Assembly: GCA_033097465.1 (NCBI GenBank)
Contig: AP028633.1
Location: 4,142,139-4,206,138 of the forward strand
DNA length: 64,000 nt
Origin: Acidothermaceae bacterium B102
Lineage (GTDB): Bacteria; Actinomycetota; Actinomycetes; JAWWOL01
Direction: 5' to 3'
This document shows positions 49,479 to 60,924 of the stretch, in pieces. Made by a program: the position numbers and the translations under genes. The number at the start of each line of letters is the position of its first letter. Position 1 is the stretch's first letter. Under the pieces are notes generated by a model. It was not told where the DNA came from, did no database searches, and was given only the letters and a program-made list of their open reading frames with translations.

Positions 49479-50572
49479 TCACCGACGACGACCTGCGTGC
49501 CCTGCTCGGTGCCGACGAGGCGCCGGCAGCCCTGTCGCCCTCTGCGGTACGACAGCGAGCTCGCCGGATCCGCCGGGGCCGGCGACTGGGCGCGGCCGCG
49601 GCGGCCGCCCTCGTCGTACCCCTGGTCGCCCTGCTGACCGTCGGGCTGCCAGGGGTGGGGTCCCGGACGATCGACGGCGCCGCGGGGGATCCTCCGGCGT
49701 TCGACGGCTACGGCAACCCGTTGCAGCAGCAGCCTGATGGCAAGGTCGTCCTCGACCTCCCGCATCTCTACGCGTACACCGGGCCGGGCGACCTCTGCTG
49801 GGGGAGCGCCGCGATGACGGGGGTCGGCGGCATGTGCGTCGTGGCCCCCGCCAACGGCGCCTCCGCCAGCGGGAGCGGCACCGGGATGAGCATCGGCGAC
49901 GGCGTGATCGGCTCGATCAGCGTCGTCCCCGTCGCCCGTGCGGATTTCATCTCGGGCAGCCACGTGGTGCACGCCCAGGTCGTCGGGTTCGCGAAGTACC
50001 CGAACTGGCGCACGCTGACGGCCGCCTGGGACGGCCCCGTGGAGGGGGTGCTGCTGCGCGGGTGGGACGTCTCCGGCAGGCTGGTCCTCAGTGTGGGCTG
50101 CCCGGGCGGCTGCCCGATCAGCGCCCAACCGAGCCAACCGCCCGTCACAGAGGTGCCCGCCCCTGCGGCGTCCAGCGCTCGCCCAGCGCCTGTCATCACA
50201 GCGGTGCCGGATGGCCGCGACGTCGTCGTTGACGGCGTCGAGGCGTGGCCGACGGCTGACGGGGTCTGCGTCGGCGACCAGGGCAGCACGCAGTGCGTCG
50301 CGGACGGGGACTCGGCAATCGACAACGGTTTCGCGTTGGGCAAGGACATCGCCGTCACCATCGTCGGCCAGCCTTTGGCCAGGGCGGAGTTCCTCGTCGG
50401 GACCACCTCGGTGGAGGCGACGGTGCTGGGCTACGCCAGCCACCCTCAATGGCGCGTCGTCGCGGCTAACCTCAAGATCCCTGACTCCGCAGGCAAACCC
50501 GTGCGCCTCCGTGGGTGGGACGCCGGCGGAAAGCTCGTCGTCGACACCGACCCCACGGGCTCGTACCACTAG
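49475..50572 (+). CDS. membrane-anchored anti-sigma factor with a duplicated extracytoplasmic domain
   Basis: GTG at 49475 overlaps the sigma stop (GTGA). It has one transmembrane segment (LGAAAAAALVVPLVALLTVGL) followed by two internal repeats of about 60 aa. Confidence 0.6.
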   Translation: MITDDDLRALLGADEAPAALSPSAVRQRARRIRRGRRLGAAAAAALVVPLVALLTVGLPGVGSRTIDGAAGDPPAFDGYGNPLQQQPDGKVVLDLPHLYAYTGPGDLCWGSAAMTGVGGMCVVAPANGASASGSGTGMSIGDGVIGSISVVPVARADFISGSHVVHAQVVGFAKYPNWRTLTAAWDGPVEGVLLRGWDVSGRLVLSVGCPGGCPISAQPSQPPVTEVPAPAASSARPAPVITAVPDGRDVVVDGVEAWPTADGVCVGDQGSTQCVADGDSAIDNGFALGKDIAVTIVGQPLARAEFLVGTTSVEATVLGYASHPQWRVVAANLKIPDSAGKPVRLRGWDAGGKLVVDTDPTGSYH

Positions 50573-50574
50573 TG

Positions 50575-50614
50575 GTGTGCAGGGGACGGCCGTCGATGGC
50601 CGTCCCCCGCACAC
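50575..50614. terminator. strong hairpin between the convergent anti-sigma and GH54 genes
   Basis: GTGTGCAGGGGACGGCC-gtcgat-GGCCGTCCCCCGCACAC, with 16 of 17 stem pairs matching. Confidence 0.55.
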
Positions 50615-50622
50615 CCGGGGGA

Positions 50623-52473
50623 CTACTGCAGGGGGAACTTCTGCGACGCGGTGCCGTTGCAGGTCCAGATCCGCAGCTGCGTTCCGTTGGTGGTCGTCCC
50701 GTTCGGGTCGTCCAGGCACAGTCCGGACTGCGGGTTGAGCAGGGACCCGTTCGTCTGCAGCTGCCAGTTCTGGCCGCCGACGCCGTTGCAGTCCCAGAGC
50801 TCGACGAGCGTGCCGTTGGCCGTACCGTTGCCGTCGATGTCGAGGCACCGCCCCAACGTCTCGAGCGAACCGTTGGCGTTGTGGAACCAGTGCTGGTCCA
50901 CGGCGTAGGACTGGCAGTTCCACAGGGCGACGATCGTCCCGTTGCTGCCGTTGTCGTCACCGGCCACGTCGACGCATTGGCCGCCGTTGGCATTGACGAC
51001 GCCACCGCCGGTCACGGTGAACTGCTGTGCGGTAGAGCCGTTGCAGGTGTAGATCTGCAGCACCGTGCCGTTGGCCGTGTTGCCGCTGGGGTCGTCCAGG
51101 CAGAGCCCGGACTGCGGGTTGAGCAGCGAGCCGTTGGCCTGCTGCACCCACTTCTGGCCGCCGACGCCGTTGCAGTCCCAGAGCTCGACCTTGGTGCCGG
51201 CGGCTGTACCGTTGCCCACGATGTCGAGACAGCGGTTGATGGTCGACAGCGAGCCGTTCGCGTTGTGGGTCCAGTGCTGGTCCTCGGCGTAGGACTGGCA
51301 GTTCCACAACTGCACCGCGGTGCCGTTGACGCCGGTGTCGTTGGCCGTGACGTCGACGCACTGCCCGCCTGGTCCGACGATGCTGCCCGCGGGCCCGTTC
51401 GGGACGTTGGTCTCACCGGCGTAGCCGACCGAGACGACGTTGGCCTGCACGGAGCTCTCGGCGTTGTCGGTCGGGTAGCCCGCGACCATCACACCCTCGA
51501 AGAACGTGCCCATGTTGCGGTTGCTGTTGTCGCCGCCGATGCCGAGGATGATGCCGCCCTCCTGGTGCATGGGCTTGTAGCCGCTGGTGGTCGGCAGGGC
51601 GCCGTTGTACCAGGTCGACAGCCCCCCGGACTGGCTGTTGCCACCCTTGAGCGCGTAGGTCGTCTGGCCGTTGTCCTTCAGCACGGCGGTGACGAAGGCG
51701 CTGTTGTTGCCGGCGTTGGCGGTGTTGGAGCCGTTGCCGCCCTGGAACATGCCGTTCTCCATGTCCGCCTCGACCCACGGCCCCGCACCGGTGCACGGCG
51801 GGAAGAAGCAGGTGGTCGCGATGCTGACGGCATCCATGTGGCCGTTGCCGGTGTCGTAGGGCGTCGACTCCGCATTGCCGTAGTCGAAGCAGCAGTCCGA
51901 GCCGACGTGGGTGCCGGAGGCGACCATGTACGCGCCTTCGGCCGCGCCGTTGACCGCGACACCGGACGCCGCTCCGACGTAGCGGTAGCCGACCCCGGGC
52001 GAGACCCAGACGCCGTACACCTTGTGGCCGCCTGCGGTCACGGCGATCTCGCTCGCGTCGGCGCCACGGTCACCGCTGCCCGCGCCGCCGTCGGGCGCGA
52101 TGGACAGGTCGTTGTGCCGGGTGGTCTGGTCGTAGATCTTGCTGATCTGACAGGTCGTGCCGTTGCAGAACGCGTCCTGCGTGCCGGCGTTGGCGTAGCC
52201 GCCCGCCGTGAGCAGGCCGATGTTGGTGGTGGCGCCGTCCGATGCGCGCTTCACCTGGTAGAGCGGTCCGTTGTACGCGGCGAACAGCGCCCGCGTCGTG
52301 CTGTGCGCCGCGACGCAGGGCGTGCCCGCGTTGGCGTAGATGTCGCACGGGAGCGTGGTTGCCGCTTGTGACGCGGCGGGGAGGGCGGCGAGCGTGCCGA
52401 GGGCCAGTGCCAGCGAGGCACCGATCGTGAGCAGTGCGCGGCGACAACGACGAAGAACCGACCGAGCGATCAT
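50623..52473 (-). CDS. secreted alpha-L-arabinofuranosidase (GH54 AbfB-type catalytic domain) with two C-terminal ricin-B (CBM13) lectin domains
   Basis: Signal peptide from the ATG at 52473 (MIARSVLRRCRRALLTIGASLALALG). The catalytic domain is colinear with fungal AbfB (LPCDIYANAGTPCVAAHSTTRAL..., CCFDYGNAE, GGIILGIGGDNSN). Two beta-trefoils carry QxW motifs. Confidence 0.9.
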   Translation of the reverse strand: MIARSVLRRCRRALLTIGASLALALGTLAALPAASQAATTLPCDIYANAGTPCVAAHSTTRALFAAYNGPLYQVKRASDGATTNIGLLTAGGYANAGTQDAFCNGTTCQISKIYDQTTRHNDLSIAPDGGAGSGDRGADASEIAVTAGGHKVYGVWVSPGVGYRYVGAASGVAVNGAAEGAYMVASGTHVGSDCCFDYGNAESTPYDTGNGHMDAVSIATTCFFPPCTGAGPWVEADMENGMFQGGNGSNTANAGNNSAFVTAVLKDNGQTTYALKGGNSQSGGLSTWYNGALPTTSGYKPMHQEGGIILGIGGDNSNRNMGTFFEGVMVAGYPTDNAESSVQANVVSVGYAGETNVPNGPAGSIVGPGGQCVDVTANDTGVNGTAVQLWNCQSYAEDQHWTHNANGSLSTINRCLDIVGNGTAAGTKVELWDCNGVGGQKWVQQANGSLLNPQSGLCLDDPSGNTANGTVLQIYTCNGSTAQQFTVTGGGVVNANGGQCVDVAGDDNGSNGTIVALWNCQSYAVDQHWFHNANGSLETLGRCLDIDGNGTANGTLVELWDCNGVGGQNWQLQTNGSLLNPQSGLCLDDPNGTTTNGTQLRIWTCNGTASQKFPLQ

Positions 52474-52628
52474 CAGTGACCTCTTCTGGGAAGCTCCGAG
52501 GATGGGCCAATTACGAACAAATTCGTAACCAGATGATCGGTAACGTGCAGCAACGCACAAGGATTGTCAACGAATTGTTACAAACTGATCACATGGTCAT
52601 GAATGGACAGTGCGCGAGGGGCTCGCCG

Positions 52629-53360
52629 CTACAGGCTGCGGAGGGCTCCGCCGTCGACCGGCAGCACGATGCCGGTGAGGTAGGACGCTGCGGGCGACAG
52701 CACGAAGGCGGCGACCCGGCCGAACTCCTCCGCGGTGCCGACCCGGCCCAGTGGAACGCCGTCGCCGTTTGCCAGGCCGGTGGCCCGGATGCGCGGCGTG
52801 TCGATGCGTCCGGGGAGCAGGCTGACCACCCGTACGCCCCGAGGACCGAGCTCGTCGGCGAGGGTCTTGGCATACATTGCCAGCCCTGGTCGCAGCCCGT
52901 TGCTGATCGCCAGGCTGGCGATGGGCGATCGTACCGACGAGGACAGTACGAAGGCGATCGCGCCACCGTCGCCCAGCCGCTCGCCGACCGCACGCGCCAG
53001 CCGCACCGCTCCGAGAAAGACCGACTCGAACGACGCCACCCACTGCTCGTCGGTGGCACCCATGGCCGTCGCCGGCGGTGGACCACCCACGCTGATGAGC
53101 GCACCGTCGAGCCGCCCGAACCGGTGGTACGCGGCATCGATCAGCGCGAGAGGTGTTGCTGCGTCGGCATTGTCGGCCACCACGCCCGCGGCCCGACCCT
53201 CGCCGCCGAGCAACTCGACGGCTGCGTCCACCGCGTCCGGCCGACGGGAGGAGACGACGACGCGCCCCCCCTCGTCGACGAGCGCCTGGGCAGAAGCAAG
53301 CCCCAGCCCACTCGTGCCGCCCGTGACCACGTAGACGTGCTGCGCAAGCCCGAGATCCAT
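52629..53360 (-). CDS. SDR family oxidoreductase
   Basis: ATG at 53360 (MDLGLAQHVYVVTGGTSGLGLA) with a TGGxSGxG Rossmann motif. Confidence 0.8.
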   Translation of the reverse strand: MDLGLAQHVYVVTGGTSGLGLASAQALVDEGGRVVVSSRRPDAVDAAVELLGGEGRAAGVVADNADAATPLALIDAAYHRFGRLDGALISVGGPPPATAMGATDEQWVASFESVFLGAVRLARAVGERLGDGGAIAFVLSSSVRSPIASLAISNGLRPGLAMYAKTLADELGPRGVRVVSLLPGRIDTPRIRATGLANGDGVPLGRVGTAEEFGRVAAFVLSPAASYLTGIVLPVDGGALRSL

Positions 53361-53459
53361 GGCCACATGATGGCACCGAGCCGGGAACCGCTGGGCCATC
53401 CGGGTGGTCTTTCGCTCCTTCGCTTCCCTGCTACTTAGCGATAGTGCTAAATTGCCGCT

Positions 53460-53768
53460 ATGGCGGACGACGACCAGGGCAGCGTGTTCAAGGCACTCGC
53501 CGATCCGACGAGGCGCCAGATCCTGCAGGAGCTGCAGAGCGGCGAGCTCAATGCCGGCGAGATCGCCGCGCTCTTCCCGATCAGCGGTCCCTCGGTCTCA
53601 CGTCACCTCGCGGTGCTGCGTCAGGCAGGGCTGGTGACCGAGCGCCGCGAGGCCAACCGCATCTACTACGCCCTCGTGCCGGAGCGCCTCGCACTGGCCG
53701 TCGGCGGCTTCCTGTCGGCTGTCTGCCCGCAGCAAATGGTCATGCGCGCCCGGCGGAAGCCGTCATGA
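53460..53768 (+). CDS. ArsR family transcriptional regulator
   Basis: LADPTRRQILQEL...GEIAALFPISGPSVSRHLAVLRQAGLV. Confidence 0.85.
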   Translation: MADDDQGSVFKALADPTRRQILQELQSGELNAGEIAALFPISGPSVSRHLAVLRQAGLVTERREANRIYYALVPERLALAVGGFLSAVCPQQMVMRARRKPS

Positions 53769-54446
53769 GGGTGCAGTCCCGCATCGAGCGCCGTCTGCTG
53801 GTCAACTACCGCGCCGATCCCGAAGTGGTGGCGCCGCTACTGCCTGACGGACTGCGGCCCCTGCTGGTCGGTGGATGGGCAGTCGTCGGCATCTGCCTGA
53901 TCCGGCTCGGCGAGGTGCGCCCGTACGGCCTGCCCGGCTCGGTCGGCGTCTCCAGCGAGAACGCCGCCCATCGCATCGCGGTCGAGTGGGACACCCCTGA
54001 CGGCCCGCAGCCCGGCGTCTACATCCCGCGCCGGCACAGCGGCAGCACGCTGACCTTGCTGGCCGGAGGGCGCGTCTTCCCCGGGGTGCACCAGCGGGCG
54101 TCCTTCACCGTGCGGGAGTCGGACTCCCGGGTCGCCGTTCGCGTCGTCGGCGGCGGTGTGACGGTGGATGCAGAAGTGGTCGCGACCGAAAAGCTCAACG
54201 ACAGCAGGCTTTTTGCCGACCTCGACGCCGCGTCGGCGTTCTTCCGTGCGGCGCCGGTCGGCCTCTCGCCGGGTCGCGACGGCAGGCTGGAGGCCGTGTC
54301 CCTGCGTGCCGACCGCTGGCAGATGGAGGCGGCGTCACCGGTACGGGTCGCGTCATCCTTCTGGGACGACGCGACCCGCTTCCCGCGGGGCAGCGTGATG
54401 CTCGACTCGGCCCTGCTGATGCGAGGCCTGCGAGCGACGTGGACTC

Positions 54447-57238
<2,792 letters not shown>

Positions 57239-57242
<4 letters not shown>

Positions 57243-57865
57243 GCTCGAGCCTCCTGGGCTGATGACGTTGCGGATGCATCTTCACTCATGGCGCGGGACA
57301 GCGTGGACCCGGGTTGCCGTACGGCCGCCTCGGCGAGGTCAAGCACGGCGGGAACGTCTTCGAGCGGCATGCCCTTACCGAGGTGGAGTACGAGGCCGTC
57401 GAGCACGAGGGAGAGGAACGCGGCGAGGACCTCGACCGGCACGTCGTCGCGGACCACGCCTGCGTCGCGGCCCCGCTCGAGCCGCTCGACGGCCGCAGCC
57501 CGGACGGTGCTCAGCCGCTGCTGCCAGGCCGCGCGGAAGGCGGGGTCGGTGCGCAGCCGGCGGGAGACCTCGAGCTGGACGCCGAGCCAGCCGGAGTCGC
57601 GGGCCGGCAGCTCGCGCATCACCTGGACGAGGCCGGCGGTGGACACGACGGCCGCCATCTCCTCGGCGTCCTCGGCGGCGAGCTCGAGGAACAGCGCGTC
57701 CTTGTCGCGGAAGTGGTGGAAGATCGCTCCGCGGGACAGCCCGATCTCGCGCTCGAGCACTCGCACGGTCGCGGCCTCGTAGCCGTGGTCGGCGAAGGCG
57801 CGACGCGCGCCATCGAGGATCTGCCGGCGGGTCGCCAGCATGCGTTCCTCGCTCACCTTGGGCAT
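57239..57865 (-). CDS. acnR: TetR family regulator, AcnR-like, upstream of aconitase and translationally coupled to it
   Basis: 208 aa ([49 protein letters not shown]), resembling corynebacterial AcnR. Its stop overlaps the acn ATG. Confidence 0.75.
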
Positions 57866-57905
57866 GACGCGAGATTAGCAAACCGTACGTCCGTCTTGCA
57901 AGGTC

Positions 57906-59903
57906 TTACCCCAGGTTGATCGCGAACGCGCTGGCGTTGCCGGCCTCGATGGTGAAGAGGCCGCGCAGCGCCGACACGGGCACCGGGATCGAGCTGTCCG
58001 TCAGGGTGCCGTTGCCGAGCTCCCCGAGGTTGTTGTGTCCCCAGGCCCACGCCGTGCCATCGGCCTTGATCGCGTAGCCGCTCTGGCCGCCGCCGCCGAT
58101 CGCGGTCACCGTGGCGAGACCACTGACAGCGACTGGCACGCTGCTGTTGACCACCGAGTTGTTGCCCAGGGCGCCGTACTGGTTGAAGCCCCAGTCCCAG
58201 ACGGTGCCGTCGCTCCGTAGCGCCATGCCGGCGTAGAAGCCGGCGCCGATCGCGGTCACGCCCGCCAGGTTCTGTACCTGTACCGGCACCGATTGGCTGA
58301 TCAGGTCGTTGTCGCCGAGCTGACCGTACGCGTTCCAGCCCCAGGCCCACACGGTGTGGTCGGACTTGAGGGCGTAGCCACCGCTGGCGCCGCCGGCGAT
58401 CGCGGTGACGCCGGTCAGCACGCTGACCTGCACCGGGATGGCGCTGTTGGCCGTGCCACCGTTGCCGAGGCCACCGTTCGCGCCCTGGCCCCACGCCCAG
58501 ACGGTGCCGTCCGAGCGCAGGGCGTACGTGGCGGCGCCCTCACTGGCGATGGCAGTGACTCCCGTTAGGTTGCTGGCTTGCACGGGGGCAAGGGCGTTGG
58601 TCGTGGTGCCGTTGCCGAGCTGATCGCTGCCGCCGTAGCCCCAGGACCATACGGTCCCGTCGGACTTGAGCGCCGAGCCCATGAAGATGCCGGCGGCAAC
58701 GCTGGTCACGCTGGTCAGGCCGACGACTGCGACCGGCACGGTGCTGTTGTTGACCGTCCCATCCCCGAGCGCTCCGTAGGTGTTGACGCCCCACGACGCG
58801 ACGGTGCCGTTGGAACGCACGGCGTAGCCGCCACTCGTGCCCTGACCGACGACCTGAACAGCATCCGTCAGCCCGGTGATCGGGGTCGGGGCACTGGTGC
58901 TGGTCGTGCTGCCGTTACCGAGCTGGCCAGAGTCGTTGGCCCCCCACGCCCACGCGGTGCCGGCCGTGCGGCTGACCGTGAGAGCCAGTGTCGCGCTGCC
59001 GGTGCGGCCGCCGGTGTCCCGTACCGTCACCACGACGGAGGAGGACGCAGCGAGAGCCGGGGTGCCGGTGAGCGCGCCGCTGGCAGCGAGCGTGAGGCCG
59101 CTCGGCAGGCCCGTCGCACTCCAGGTGTACGGGGCGGTGCCACCGCCCGCGGTCAGCGTGGCTGTGTACGGGCGCAGCGCCATCGCCGCGGGCAGCGCTA
59201 CCACCGTCACCGTCGGGCCCGGGATCACGGGCACGACCACGGTGAGCGAGAACGCCTTGCTCACCCCACCTGCGATGGTCAACGAGAACGCCTTGGCCAC
59301 GCGGAGCCGGTGGGCACCGAGGGGCAGCAGGGCGTGCGCGGTGAAGGTGGAGCGCGCGGTGAGCTTGGCCGACGCGACGTTCTTCCAGGTCTTGCCGATC
59401 AGCTGTTGCAGCCAGACCGAGCCCACGCCCTTGCGGGTCACGGTCCCGGTGATGGCGGCGGCGGTCCCGACCGTTGCCGTGGCCGGCGTCGTCGCGGTGA
59501 CGGCAAAGGCCTTGCTGACGACGCGAAGGTGCAGGACCCCGCTGACCCCGGGCTTGGCGGAAGTGGTGCCTGCACGGGTCACCCGCAAGGTCCAGGCGCC
59601 GGTCTTCCGTGGTGCTCGCAGGGACACCAGGACCGTGCCGGTCGCCGAGACCTTCTGGTGGGACACCGTGTGCCACGCCTTCCCGACCAGCCGCTGCACC
59701 AGCACCGGCGCACCGCTCACCCGAGGCGTCACTGATCCGGTCAGGACGACCAGGGACCCGGCGAGGGCGGTCGCCGGCGTCGCGTGAACGACGACCCGGG
59801 TCACCGCAGGGACCCGTACCGCTGCTCGGGTCGGTGCGGCAGTCGCGATCAGGGAGAGGGCGGTGCAGGACACGACCGCCCAGCGCAGCAGGGTCTTCGC
59901 CAT
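57906..59903 (-). CDS. secreted RCC1-repeat beta-propeller protein with N-terminal Ig-like domains, including a putative-Ig (He_PIG-type) domain
   Basis: Signal peptide MAKTLLRWAVVSCTALSLIATAAPTRA. He_PIG-like segment PYTWSATGLPSGLTLAASGALTGTP. Then seven RCC1-like blades (AWGxNxxGQLGxG, DGTVW.WG). Confidence 0.8.
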   Translation of the reverse strand: MAKTLLRWAVVSCTALSLIATAAPTRAAVRVPAVTRVVVHATPATALAGSLVVLTGSVTPRVSGAPVLVQRLVGKAWHTVSHQKVSATGTVLVSLRAPRKTGAWTLRVTRAGTTSAKPGVSGVLHLRVVSKAFAVTATTPATATVGTAAAITGTVTRKGVGSVWLQQLIGKTWKNVASAKLTARSTFTAHALLPLGAHRLRVAKAFSLTIAGGVSKAFSLTVVVPVIPGPTVTVVALPAAMALRPYTATLTAGGGTAPYTWSATGLPSGLTLAASGALTGTPALAASSSVVVTVRDTGGRTGSATLALTVSRTAGTAWAWGANDSGQLGNGSTTSTSAPTPITGLTDAVQVVGQGTSGGYAVRSNGTVASWGVNTYGALGDGTVNNSTVPVAVVGLTSVTSVAAGIFMGSALKSDGTVWSWGYGGSDQLGNGTTTNALAPVQASNLTGVTAIASEGAATYALRSDGTVWAWGQGANGGLGNGGTANSAIPVQVSVLTGVTAIAGGASGGYALKSDHTVWAWGWNAYGQLGDNDLISQSVPVQVQNLAGVTAIGAGFYAGMALRSDGTVWDWGFNQYGALGNNSVVNSSVPVAVSGLATVTAIGGGGQSGYAIKADGTAWAWGHNNLGELGNGTLTDSSIPVPVSALRGLFTIEAGNASAFAINLG

Positions 59904-59983
59904 CGGAGGCTCCCGGAGATGACTGCCGGGAGCGGTCGGCCGTACAGGGGAGCCAGTCCGCCAGGTTCAGGCCCCGAGCGCAC

Positions 59984-60880
59984 ATGAGCCACGTGCGTGA
60001 TGCGGACCTTACGCGCATTAGCCTGGTGCGGGTGAGCTATGACGCGTTGGCCGACCTCATCGGGCGCGGCGACGTCGCGGTGCTGACCGGCGCGGGCATC
60101 TCGACCGGGTCGGGCATCCCCGACTACCGCGGGCCGACGGGTCGCGCGCGCCCGGCAACCCCGATGACCTACCAGGTCTTCACCGGCAGTCCCGAGGCGC
60201 GGCAGCGCTACTGGGCGCGGTCGCACCTCGGCTGGCGTTTCATCACCGGGGTCAACCCCAACGCCGGCCACCGCGCGGTCGCCGCCCTGCAGGCGGAGGG
60301 CCTGCTGACCGGGCTCGTCACGCAGAACGTCGACGGTCTTCACCAGGCCGCCGGTGCGGACGACGTGGTCGAGCTGCACGGAGCGCTCGACCGGGTGATC
60401 TGCCTGCGCTGCAAGGACGTCAGCGGCCGGCTCGACCTCGACCGTCGGCTGGTCGAGGCCAACCCGGGCTGGGTACGGACGGCCACCGACATCACGTCGA
60501 TCAAGCCGGACGGCGACGCCGACCTCGACGACGTCGCCGGCTTCGAGGTCGTCGACTGCGAGGTCTGCGGCGGCCTGCTCAAGCCCGACGTCGTCTTCTT
60601 CGGCGAGACCGTGCCGCGGGACCGGGTCGACCACACCTACGCCCTGGTCTCCGGCGCCACCAGCCTGCTCGTCCTCGGCAGCAGCCTCAAGGTCATGAGC
60701 GGCTACCGCTTCGTCCTGCACGCTCGCAAGCTGGGCATCCCGGTGGCGATCCTCAACCAGGGGGCGACCCGTGGTGACCCGCAGGCCGACGTACGGGTCG
60801 ACGGTGAGCTGAGCGACGTGCTCACCCAGCTGGCGGATGACCTCGCGGCACCGGTCCGAGAGGGCCAATCGGGTGCATAA
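59984..60880 (+). CDS. NAD-dependent protein deacylase (Sir2 family)
   Basis: GAGISTGSGIPDYRG, QNVDGLH and Zn-binding CLRC...CEVCGG motifs. Internal ATG at 59984. Confidence 0.85.
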   Translation: MSHVRDADLTRISLVRVSYDALADLIGRGDVAVLTGAGISTGSGIPDYRGPTGRARPATPMTYQVFTGSPEARQRYWARSHLGWRFITGVNPNAGHRAVAALQAEGLLTGLVTQNVDGLHQAAGADDVVELHGALDRVICLRCKDVSGRLDLDRRLVEANPGWVRTATDITSIKPDGDADLDDVAGFEVVDCEVCGGLLKPDVVFFGETVPRDRVDHTYALVSGATSLLVLGSSLKVMSGYRFVLHARKLGIPVAILNQGATRGDPQADVRVDGELSDVLTQLADDLAAPVREGQSGA

Positions 60881-60924
60881 CGGGGCCGCGCCGTAGTCGA
60901 TATCTGGGGAGCAGGTCTGCCCCA

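Noticed and set aside
50515-52371. 618-aa plus-strand ORF.
   Set aside because: It is antisense to the GH54 gene.
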